From contig JAPLSY010000084.1 in assembly GCA_026398415.1 (NCBI GenBank), positions 94,709 through 158,708 of the forward strand: a DNA stretch of 64,000 bases, in the 5' to 3' direction. This DNA is from Kiritimatiellota bacterium (GTDB lineage: Bacteria > Verrucomicrobiota > Kiritimatiellia > JAAZAB01). The stretch's first letter is position 1, and each line of letters begins with the position of its first letter. Below the pieces are notes generated by a model. It had not been told where the DNA came from and ran no database searches. It was given only the letters and a program-made list of their open reading frames with translations. The position numbers were made by a program, and so were the translations under genes. Positions 20,620-28,704 of this stretch are shown piece by piece.

Positions 20620-21428
20620 TGGTAAAACAACCTCGTAATGATATACCCGACTACCAGGATGGACAGGAACGAAACAACCACGCTGCGGCGCGTGGCCCGG
20701 CCCACGCCCACCGCGCCCTCCGTGGTGGCAAAGCCCTGGTAACAGCAGATCGTCGTGATTATGATGCCAAACACGAAGGACTTGAGCAGGCCCACGTAAA
20801 GATCCTTGTTTTCCGCCCAGCGGGTCGCGTTGTCAATGTAGGCGGGGACCGACACCCCCAACTGGGTCGAGCCGACAATCGCGCCGCCAACCACCCCCAG
20901 CATGCAGGCGTAAAACGTCAGGATGGGCGTCATGATCATCATGGCCGCCAACTTGGGCATAACCAGGAACCGCACGGGAGAAATGGACATGACCTCCAAG
21001 GCCGCGATTTCTTCCGAGACAGTCATGGTCCCCAGTTCCGCCGCCATGGCCGAACCGACGCTGGCCGCCAAAATCAAGCCCGTCATAAAGGGGCCCATTT
21101 CGCGCAACATGGAGACCATGACCGCCAAGCCGATATTGACCTCCTGGCCATACTTGCGCAGTTCGAGCCCCATCTGCAGGGCCAGGATCATGCCGGTGAA
21201 CATGGCCACCACCGAAATCACGCCCAGGCTCTTGATCCCGGTGACGTAGAGCTGTTGCAAGACCACCGGGCGGGAGCGCTTACTCAAGACAAACCGCAGA
21301 CTGAGCACCGCTTCCCAGAGGATCAACAGCGCCCGGCCGGCGTTGCGGCAGTTCAGTAGGACGATCCGCCCCAATCTTCCGCGCGCGTTGATGGGCGGCG
21401 GCAAAAATTCAGGTTCATGCGTAATCAT
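20616..21428 (-). CDS. mlaE: ABC transporter permease MlaE
   Basis: Conserved MlaE/YrbE core (LYVTGIKSLGVISVVAMFTGMILALQ...REMGPFMTGLILAASVGSAMAAELGTM). Confidence 0.8.
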   Translation of the reverse strand: MITHEPEFLPPPINARGRLGRIVLLNCRNAGRALLILWEAVLSLRFVLSKRSRPVVLQQLYVTGIKSLGVISVVAMFTGMILALQMGLELRKYGQEVNIGLAVMVSMLREMGPFMTGLILAASVGSAMAAELGTMTVSEEIAALEVMSISPVRFLVMPKLAAMMIMTPILTFYACMLGVVGGAIVGSTQLGVSVPAYIDNATRWAENKDLYVGLLKSFVFGIIITTICCYQGFATTEGAVGVGRATRRSVVVSFLSILVVGYIITRLFYQ

Positions 21429-21443
21429 GGTTATTCCGAGTTA

Positions 21444-22865
21444 CTAAAACTTCAGGAAGTACAATACCTGAATCGTTTTCTTTTCGCCAGCGCGTTCGTA
21501 GCCCACCAGCCCTTTCAGCAGGGACCAGCTGCCACCCGCTCCGCCGGCCGCGCGGTCAACCGCAAAGAGCGGAAACACCGAAATGTGCTTCGGGCCGTTT
21601 TCGGCCCGGCGCCAGCGGAACAAACCCCAAAGCAGTTCATCCTCTTTTACGTTCCCGCAGGACGCATGCGAATATAGCGTCCACAGCGCCGCGTAATTTC
21701 GATCGATGTACTCGTAATCCATAAAGGGAAACAGGCTGAGCACACGCAGCTGGAAGCGGTCGGGAGCGCTCTTGCTGGAAAACAGCGGCCAGACCTTGAG
21801 CGAGCGCGACACCATGTCCCACTGTCCCGGCGCTTCGCGCGACGGCTTGTGTTCGCTCGTATAATACAGGATCGGCATCAGCATGATCCGCGCGCGCTCC
21901 TCCAGCGTACTGTAACGCCGTGCCTGCCGGTAGAGCGGCCATAGGACAAAAGAGGAATCATTGCCCTCCATGGATTTGTGACCCCAAAGCGGCCAGAAAT
22001 ACAGTCGGTCCACCTCGCCGGAACTCCATTGGAACAACGGCCAGGGACAGTTCACTTCGCTTTTTTTCGTGCCCTTGGAAAAACGGGTCAAGGGCGGCAC
22101 GACCATCCAGGTTTCCTGGTCGGTCAGCTTGAGATGCCCAACCAGCGGAAACAATATATAGCCGCTCCCGGAAGACTTCGGATAACCATATTTTACCGAA
22201 GACCAAAACGGCCAGAGAATAAAGCGCTTTTCGTAATCCATCCGGAACCGGGTGATCCCGTAAATGGGGAGGACGCGAAAACGGTCATGGCCCCCACCCC
22301 AGGTATAGGAGACAATCGGCCACAACCAGGAGCGCGTTTCGGTCTCATTGGTCCGGTTATACATCGTCAGCGGGAACAGCACAAACCACGTTTCATCCCA
22401 ACCGAGGAAATCGCGAATAACGCCGCCAATCGGGACCACCGCCAGGTAGGGTTTGCCGTCCAGGCCGCGGCCCTGGAAGTAGAACGGGAAAAGACAGAAC
22501 CGATAACGGCCGTCCGGGTCAGTCACATCATAATCGTTCCGATACAAGAGCACCATGAATTGCCACATGCGCTGTTTATCGATCTGCTTATTTACCCAGA
22601 CCGGCCAAAGCATATCGGTCTCACTGCGCTTAAGGTCGGGATCATCAATCGAGCTGTAGAGCGGGTGCACCGCCCGGAACACATGTTCACCGGGCGCCTG
22701 GTTCCATTCCAGGAACGGCCCCAAAGCCCGCCAGCGCGAGTTACCGAACACGTCTGTATCGCTCGAGAACAGCGGCGCAAAATCCACATTTGCCGCGCCG
22801 GCAAGCATTGCCGTAAAAATAACGACCGGAAAAATCACGAGCCGCAGATAGCGCCCAAAGTTCAT
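21444..22865 (-). CDS. Trp/Phe-rich secreted hypothetical protein (first gene of the mla operon)
   Basis: Signal peptide. 473 aa with repeated W-x-x-F/W-P-L motifs and no recognisable catalytic motif. Confidence 0.45.
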   Translation of the reverse strand: MNFGRYLRLVIFPVVIFTAMLAGAANVDFAPLFSSDTDVFGNSRWRALGPFLEWNQAPGEHVFRAVHPLYSSIDDPDLKRSETDMLWPVWVNKQIDKQRMWQFMVLLYRNDYDVTDPDGRYRFCLFPFYFQGRGLDGKPYLAVVPIGGVIRDFLGWDETWFVLFPLTMYNRTNETETRSWLWPIVSYTWGGGHDRFRVLPIYGITRFRMDYEKRFILWPFWSSVKYGYPKSSGSGYILFPLVGHLKLTDQETWMVVPPLTRFSKGTKKSEVNCPWPLFQWSSGEVDRLYFWPLWGHKSMEGNDSSFVLWPLYRQARRYSTLEERARIMLMPILYYTSEHKPSREAPGQWDMVSRSLKVWPLFSSKSAPDRFQLRVLSLFPFMDYEYIDRNYAALWTLYSHASCGNVKEDELLWGLFRWRRAENGPKHISVFPLFAVDRAAGGAGGSWSLLKGLVGYERAGEKKTIQVLYFLKF

Positions 22866-23136
22866 GGGGCAAGACTATACCACATCCCCGGTTTTTGACC
22901 ATAGTAACGAATTAATTTTCTTTCATTCGGCGACAAGTTCCAGTATTTGATTAGCACTTTCAGCATACAGAACGGCGAAAAAACAGGAAAATCAGGCGGC
23001 GGAATCATGCAAAGGAAAACATCACACAAAGGTCACAAAGCACACAAAGACCGGATTCCAACATCATAAACTTTGCGTCTTGGTGCCTTTGTGTGAAAAA
23101 TATCCGAATTCGACTCGCTGCCTGGAAAAACATCTC

Positions 23137-24255
23137 ATGAATGACACTCTTCAACGGAAAGCCGACCTGGATACCCCATGCCTGGCGCTGGATCTGGATA
23201 TCCTGGACCAGAACCTTCGGAAAATGCAGGCCCTGACACAACGCGCCGGCAAGCATCTGCGACCGCATGCCAAGACGCATAAATGCTCGACATTGGCCCG
23301 GCGCCAAATGGAGGCCGGCGCCATCGGCATCTGCACGGCCAAGGTATCGGAAGCCGAGGCCCTATGCCGGGCCGGCATCGCAAACATTCTTATTACCGGC
23401 CCCGTGGTGACGAAACAGAAAATCGCCCGGCTGGTGGCTTTGCGTGCCAAGGCGCCCGCCCTCATGGTGGTGGTAGATCACCCGGGCCCGATTGACCTGC
23501 TTAGCACCGCCCTGGGCGATCAAGGCTTAACCATGGATGTCCTGCTGGACGTGGATGTCGGATTGCATCGCACGGGCGTGCCACCGTCCATAGCAATCAA
23601 CCTGGCCGATCATATTCTGGACCATAGCAATCTCCGCCTGCGGGGCATTCAGGCCTATGCCGGCCAGATGCAACATGTCCGTTCTTATAACGAGCGCAAA
23701 AACGGCTCGCATCAATGCCTGCAACCGGCAATTGGAATATTTCGCGCCTTGCAGGCCAAGGCGCCAACCTGCACGGTATTCAGCGCTTCCGGTACGGGTA
23801 CATCCGATATTGACCTCGACATTCCCGAACTCACCGAATTACAGGCGGGATCTTATGTCTGCATGGATGCGGAATACCTGGCCATCGGATCGGCGGAAGA
23901 CAACAGCCGCTTTACGGCCTTCGGCCCGGCCTTGCGCCTGCTCACGACGGTGGTCAGCGTCAACCAGGATGGATATGTCACCGTAGATGCGGGTTTGAAA
24001 GCACTCTATCGGGACGGCGCCGTTCCGCAAATAATCAATCCGGAATATGCCGGCCTGCGGTATGACTGGTTCGGCGATGAATACGGGCGCATCACCGGTT
24101 CCGGTTCTGTCGGGATGCCGCCACTGGGCACCGTCCTGGAACTGGTAACCTCGCATTGTGATCCGACGATCAATCTCTTCGACCGGTATTATGTAACGCA
24201 AGGATCCAAGATTGTAGATACCTGGAGCATTGATCTGCGCGGCTGCAGTCAATAA
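23137..24255 (+). CDS. Alanine-racemase-domain PLP enzyme (D-serine deaminase-like / D-threonine aldolase family)
   Basis: The motif 'RPHAKTHKC' carries the PLP-lysine and is typical of the DSD1/D-TA family, followed by a C-terminal beta-domain. Confidence 0.6.
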   Translation: MNDTLQRKADLDTPCLALDLDILDQNLRKMQALTQRAGKHLRPHAKTHKCSTLARRQMEAGAIGICTAKVSEAEALCRAGIANILITGPVVTKQKIARLVALRAKAPALMVVVDHPGPIDLLSTALGDQGLTMDVLLDVDVGLHRTGVPPSIAINLADHILDHSNLRLRGIQAYAGQMQHVRSYNERKNGSHQCLQPAIGIFRALQAKAPTCTVFSASGTGTSDIDLDIPELTELQAGSYVCMDAEYLAIGSAEDNSRFTAFGPALRLLTTVVSVNQDGYVTVDAGLKALYRDGAVPQIINPEYAGLRYDWFGDEYGRITGSGSVGMPPLGTVLELVTSHCDPTINLFDRYYVTQGSKIVDTWSIDLRGCSQ

Positions 24256-24269
24256 TCCACTGGCCGCCG

Positions 24270-25409
24270 TTAGAATTGATGAACGCGGTCTTTGACGGCC
24301 TGGGTTTCCGCAGTCCCCACCCGACCGTGCGCATGCAGGGCGATATTATATAGCACACCGATCTCCAGCAGGGAAATGATCAGGCTGGAGCCGCCCGCGC
24401 TGATGAACGGCAGGGGCAATCCCTTGGTCGGCAGCAGACCGATGACCACCCCGATATTGATGACGGCCTGCAGGGTGATCATCAGGGTGATGCCAAACGC
24501 CAGTATCCGCCCGAACGTATCCGGCGCCCGCAGGCTGATCCGCAAGCCGCAGACAAAAAGCCCGGCAAACATCAGCACCACCGCCAGGGTGGCCGCGGCG
24601 CCCAATTCCTCGCCGATGATGGCGAAAATAAAATCAGTGTGCGCCTCCGGCAAATAGTAGTGCTTCTGGATACTGCCGCCCAGCCCCACGCCCATGGGGC
24701 CGCCGGCAATGAAGGCGTTGATTGCGCTTAGCAGTTGGAAGGAATAGGTCTGCGCATACTGTTCCGGATTTAAAAACGCCACGATCCGGTGCATGCGCAC
24801 GGGATCGCGCATGACGGCCACCGCGAACCCGCAGAAGCCGATGACGGCGAACACGGCCAGATAGGCCGCCCGCGTCCCACCCGCGTACAGGATCGCCAGC
24901 CCCACCACGCCGCAGAGCAGAGCCGTGCCAAAATCGGGCTCGATGAAGACCAGGCCGGCCACCAGCCCAATAATGACCAGCGGCGCTACGGCGCCCCGCC
25001 AGAACTCGCGCACATGCCATTTCTCGCGCGCCAGCCACCACGCCAAACCCAGGATCAGCGAAAACTTGGCCAACTCCGAGGGCTGGACACTGAGCATCCC
25101 GAGATGGAACCAGCGCCGGCTGCCGCCAATCCTGGAGCCGATGCCGGGAACCAGCACCAGCGCCAGGAGAGCAACCGACGCCACGAGGCAAACCAGCGCC
25201 AGGGGACGCCAGCGATGGTAGTCAATTTTGCAGGCCAAACCGCCCACGATCACGGCCATCAGAAGCCACAACGCCTGGCGCTTGACGAAATAATTCGGAT
25301 CATCGTAAAGCGCCACGGCCTTGATGCCACTGGTGCTGGCCAGCATAACGATGCCCAGGGCCAGCAGGAGCAGGACCAGAAGAATTAAAACGGTGGGGGT
25401 TTTCCACAT
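24270..25409 (-). CDS. ftsW: Peptidoglycan glycosyltransferase FtsW (SEDS family)
   Basis: SEDS core motifs (PSEL, GGSSL, 10 TM). It terminates the dcw-type cluster. Confidence 0.8.
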   Translation of the reverse strand: MWKTPTVLILLVLLLLALGIVMLASTSGIKAVALYDDPNYFVKRQALWLLMAVIVGGLACKIDYHRWRPLALVCLVASVALLALVLVPGIGSRIGGSRRWFHLGMLSVQPSELAKFSLILGLAWWLAREKWHVREFWRGAVAPLVIIGLVAGLVFIEPDFGTALLCGVVGLAILYAGGTRAAYLAVFAVIGFCGFAVAVMRDPVRMHRIVAFLNPEQYAQTYSFQLLSAINAFIAGGPMGVGLGGSIQKHYYLPEAHTDFIFAIIGEELGAAATLAVVLMFAGLFVCGLRISLRAPDTFGRILAFGITLMITLQAVINIGVVIGLLPTKGLPLPFISAGGSSLIISLLEIGVLYNIALHAHGRVGTAETQAVKDRVHQF

Positions 25410-25454
25410 TACCCGTCTCGGTCATCCGGGCACACTAAACGCGACCCGATTCGA

Positions 25455-25631
25455 TCATTGCTTCAATTTCCTGATAATGTGCCGTGCGAGATGTTCTTTG
25501 ATTTCGCGGTGACGCGGAATGGGCTGGCAAACGCCTGTCTGGAGATTTTGATACCAATCATGCCGTCCGCCGTGACGAATAAAAACGCAACCTGTCTTTT
25601 CAAGCTCACGAATCAGGTCATTTCTTTTCAT
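25455..25631 (-). CDS. hicA: Type II toxin HicA (YcfA-like mRNA interferase), 58 aa
   Basis: Manual translation of the minus strand gives MKRNDLIRELEKTGCVFIRHGGRHDWYQNLQTGVCQPIPRHREIKEHLARHIIRKLKQ. This matches the HicA pattern (G-x-H...P-x-H-x-E-I). The ORF is below the track's 60-aa cut-off. Its ATG overlaps the hicB stop (ATGA). Confidence 0.65.
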   Translation of the reverse strand: MKRNDLIRELEKTGCVFIRHGGRHDWYQNLQTGVCQPIPRHREIKEHLARHIIRKLKQ

Positions 25632-25819
25632 GCGAGTTGCAATTCCCCAACGTGCTTAACATTGGGTATCGCATTACTTGTGAGATCGGCATAGATATCC
25701 TTGAGATTTTCCTGTAATTCCTCAAAGGTCTCGCCCTGGGTCTGGTAATCCGGATATTCTTCCAGATAACCAAGCCACATGTCATCATCCTGCCAATAAA
25801 CATATCGAATGGAATCCAT
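25628..25819 (-). CDS. hicB: Type II antitoxin HicB-like (UPF0150 family), 63 aa
   Basis: 'YWQDDDMWLGYLEEYPDYQTQGETFEELQENLKD' is the hallmark of the short HicB/UPF0150 fold. It is translationally coupled to hicA. Local GC is ~47% against ~62% for the genome. Confidence 0.6.
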   Translation of the reverse strand: MDSIRYVYWQDDDMWLGYLEEYPDYQTQGETFEELQENLKDIYADLTSNAIPNVKHVGELQLA

Positions 25820-25881
25820 TTTTGTAGAACACTCAATAAATACGCCACAAGGAATTAATTGATTATGACCAAAGGCCCGCT

Positions 25882-26955
25882 TCAGGGAATCTTCAGCCGT
25901 TGCCCCACCTTAACCGTGCGATTGGCGCCAAGCTGATTGAGCTCGACGATTTCATCCACGGTCACCGCATACAGCTTGGCAACGGAATTGATATCCTCGT
26001 TCGGCTGAACAATGTGCGTAATGCCCGAATTGGCGATGGGCTTGGCAGGCACGGGCGCAGTGACCGGTGTCGCCGACGCGGCTGGTGCCGCCGGAGCAGG
26101 CTCTGCCGATGGTGCAGGTGCAGCAGCCGGTGCCGCCGACGCGGCCGGTGCCGCGGCTGGTGTAGCCGGCGCAGGCTCTGCCGATGGCGCGGGCGCAGCA
26201 GCTGGTGCCGCCGGTGCCGCCGGTGCGGCCGGTGCCGCCGGTGCGGCCGGTGCCGCCGGTGCGGCCGCAGAGGCAACCGTGGCTTCCGGAATGATCAGCT
26301 TCTGCCCGACTTTCAATTTGTCGCCCTGAAGTTTATTGGCTTCCCGCAAGGCACTGATTTTCGTGCCGCATTTCTTCGCAATCTTAGAAAGACTGTCGCC
26401 CTTCGCAACCACATACTCCTTACCGGCAACAGGCGCGGACACGGCTTCCGCTGTCGCAGGCGCCAACGACTCCGCCGGTGCGGCCACTTCGGCCGGAGCG
26501 GCAGTCTCAACTGCTTTGGCCTTTGCAGCGTGCTTGGCCGGCGCGGCCGACGCGGCTTTAATTTTCAGGTGTCCGGGCAGCATCAACTTCTGGCCGACGC
26601 GCAATTTATTTGGATCGGACAGCTTGTTCAGATCAGCAATCTCGCTCCGGGAAATTCCATACTGTTTGGCAATGCCCCCGATAGAGTCGCCGGACCGCAC
26701 GACATATTCCGTCGTTTCCGTGGCCTTAGTTAATTCCCTGGACTCGGACTTGGCGACCGGCGCCTTTTCCACTTGTTTCGGCGGCGGGTAATTTACGGCT
26801 TCCTTGGTCGTGGGCGGCATGGGCGGAGTTGTCGCTGCCGGAGGCGGGGTACCCGTTCGGGACGTGGTGCCGCACCCCTGGATAAAGAACAAAGCCCCGA
26901 GGGCGGCGCAGTGCAACATAACAACAACGGTAATTAACAAAGCTGACGTTTTCAT
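25882..26955 (-). CDS. LysM-domain peptidoglycan-binding lipoprotein with Pro/Ala-rich repeats
   Basis: Signal and lipobox (FIQGCG). Three LysM motifs (YVVRSGDSIGGIAKQYGIS..; YVVAKGDSLSKIAKKCGTK..; HIVQPNEDINSVAKLYAVT..) are separated by (PAAPAA)n low-complexity linkers. SD GGAGGAG precedes the Met at 26955. Confidence 0.7.
   Translation of the reverse strand: MKTSALLITVVVMLHCAALGALFFIQGCGTTSRTGTPPPAATTPPMPPTTKEAVNYPPPKQVEKAPVAKSESRELTKATETTEYVVRSGDSIGGIAKQYGISRSEIADLNKLSDPNKLRVGQKLMLPGHLKIKAASAAPAKHAAKAKAVETAAPAEVAAPAESLAPATAEAVSAPVAGKEYVVAKGDSLSKIAKKCGTKISALREANKLQGDKLKVGQKLIIPEATVASAAAPAAPAAPAAPAAPAAPAAPAAAPAPSAEPAPATPAAAPAASAAPAAAPAPSAEPAPAAPAASATPVTAPVPAKPIANSGITHIVQPNEDINSVAKLYAVTVDEIVELNQLGANRTVKVGQRLKIP
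26075..26270. repeat. Coding 6/12-nt tandem repeat (GCCGGTGCCGCCGGTGCGGCC)n encoding a (PAAPAA)n linker
   Basis: Direct reading: near-perfect 12-mer repeats over 26203-26268 and degenerate copies upstream. They lie inside the LysM gene. Confidence 0.8.
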
Positions 26956-26988
26956 TACTCCTCCTATGATGTTCAATGAGACCTGTTG

Positions 26989-27022
26989 TTTCCGCCGGAG
27001 GCGGATCCGCCTCCGGCGGAAA
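26989..27022. promoter_or_regulatory. Perfect 34-bp palindrome (TTTCCGCCGGAGGCG-GATC-CGCCTCCGGCGGAAA) about 35 nt upstream of the LysM gene start and downstream of murD
   Basis: Read directly. No U-tract on either side, so it is an operator or RNA stem rather than a canonical intrinsic terminator. Confidence 0.4.
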
Positions 27023-27117
27023 ATTCCTATGCCTTGAATAAACTACTTGCAAATATCCATCATCGCCCCGGCGGTGTCAAGTTTTTTTTCAACGGCTTTT
27101 TCAGCGGCCACCACAGC

Positions 27118-28464
27118 TTATGACAGCGCGCGAGTCGCGCTTATAAAACATTCGCCGCGTTCCTCAAAACTGCGAAACTGGTCGAAGCTGGCACAGGCGG
27201 GGGAAAGTAAAATCGTATCGCCCGGCCTGGCCTCCCGCCAAGCCTGCGCCACGGCCTGTGCCAGCGTTCCGCCCATCACGCAGGGCACCGTTCCGCGCCA
27301 GGCCGCAGCCATGGCTTCGGCCGCCCGGCCAATCAGGTAAACAGTCGCCACTTTTTCCGCCAGCAGTTCACGGGCCGGCTCATAGGATTCATGCTTGGGT
27401 AGCCCCCCGGCAATCAAACGGATCGGCCGTGGGGTCATGCACAGTGCCGCCAGCATGGCCGCCAGATTCGTGGCCTTGGAATCATTCACAAACCGAATGC
27501 CGCGCACCGCACCGACATTCTGCATGCGATGCGGCAGGGACTGGAAGACGCTCGCGGCCACCTCCAGAAAACGTCCCTCCACGCCGCAGGCCGAGAGCGC
27601 GGCGGCGGCCGCGGCGGCGGTCAGGCCCATGATCGCGTTAGCGAACAGCGTGCCACGTAATTCGATCCTTTCCCGGCCAAGCGAATTGTGAATCGCACCG
27701 GACTGATAAAAGAATTCTGCCGCCGGGCACACGCCCGTAGTCGGGCATACGCCCGCCGCAATCCAGCGATTGGGCGAACCGGCCAGGGAGCGAATCTCCG
27801 GCAGGATGTTCCGGTCCGTAATACCGGTATCCGCCGGCGTCATGCGCGTAAATAAGCGGGACTTGATCTGCCGGTAGGTTTGGAAATCCCCATGGCGGTC
27901 CAGATGATTCGGCGTCACGTTCAGCAAGACCCCCACGTCGGGACGGAAGGCCTGCACGGTTTCCAATTGGAAGGAACTGACTTCCAGCACCAGCCAGTCC
28001 AGTGAACGACGTTCTCCGACCACGGCGGAGACCGGCGGGCCGTAATTCCCGGCAATCGCCACCGAACAACCGGCTTGCGCCAGCGCTTCGGCGCACAGTT
28101 TAACGAGCGTGCTTTTACCATTCGAGCCGCTGATCGCCAACACCCGACAAGCGCAGCGGCTCCAGCCCAGTTCCAGTTCCGAAACCACCGGAATGCCCCG
28201 GGCCATAACGGACTTCACCGTGTCGGATGAGGTCGGAATGCCGGGACTGACAATGGCGATTTCGAAATCGCCCGGCGGCGGCGCCGTAACGCCCAGGCAC
28301 ACCTTGGCGCCCAGGGCCTGCAAAGTGGCAGCACACCGACGCAGGTCTTCCGAATCTCCGCGATCCATGACAACAACCTGCGTGCCCTCAGCCAGCAGGA
28401 GCCGGGCGGCGGCTTCCCCGCTGGCGGCAAGGCCGAGCACGAGGGCTGTTTGGTAATGTTGCAT
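27118..28464 (-). CDS. murD: UDP-N-acetylmuramoylalanine--D-glutamate ligase
   Basis: N-terminal Rossmann-like 'LVLGLAASGEAAARLLLAEGTQVVVMD', the Mur ligase central domain 'GSNGKST', and its position after mraY. Confidence 0.85.
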   Translation of the reverse strand: MQHYQTALVLGLAASGEAAARLLLAEGTQVVVMDRGDSEDLRRCAATLQALGAKVCLGVTAPPPGDFEIAIVSPGIPTSSDTVKSVMARGIPVVSELELGWSRCACRVLAISGSNGKSTLVKLCAEALAQAGCSVAIAGNYGPPVSAVVGERRSLDWLVLEVSSFQLETVQAFRPDVGVLLNVTPNHLDRHGDFQTYRQIKSRLFTRMTPADTGITDRNILPEIRSLAGSPNRWIAAGVCPTTGVCPAAEFFYQSGAIHNSLGRERIELRGTLFANAIMGLTAAAAAAALSACGVEGRFLEVAASVFQSLPHRMQNVGAVRGIRFVNDSKATNLAAMLAALCMTPRPIRLIAGGLPKHESYEPARELLAEKVATVYLIGRAAEAMAAAWRGTVPCVMGGTLAQAVAQAWREARPGDTILLSPACASFDQFRSFEERGECFISATRALS

Positions 28465-28465
28465 A

Positions 28466-28672
28466 TAACTGTTTAGGCTGTAGGCTGAAGACTGTTAGCG
28501 TATTTCAGAAAAACTGACACCCTTTTGCGCAGATCTTCTGGTAGGGCGAATCCGTCGGCTGACGGATGAACTGTCCTTTGTTTCACGGCTCAGCCTGAGG
28601 TTTACCCACCTTTGGCGGCGCCTTAGGCGACCAGGGCTTTGCCCTACCTACAGGCTAACAGCCTACAGCCTG
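28466..28672. repeat. Inverted-repeat-flanked ~200-bp element in the murD-mraY spacer (MITE/REP-like)
   Basis: The left arm AGGCTGTAGGCTG..CTGTTAGC (28473-28499) is the reverse complement of the right arm GCTAACAGCCTACAGCCT (28648-28670). The internal hairpin is CCGTCGGCTGACGG. The same CTACAGCC motif recurs at 61622-61655. Confidence 0.45.
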
Positions 28673-28704
28673 TCCACCTTGTGAATAGTTACGCGACTCA
28701 TAGA

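Noticed and set aside
24789-25388. 199-aa + ORF inside ftsW
   Set aside because: Antisense to a clear SEDS-family gene. H/R/Q-rich.
26075-26270. Possible CRISPR-like array of short GC-rich repeats
   Set aside because: The repeats are 12-nt units without spacers and lie in-frame inside the LysM gene, encoding PAAPAA linkers. No CRISPR array was seen anywhere in the window.
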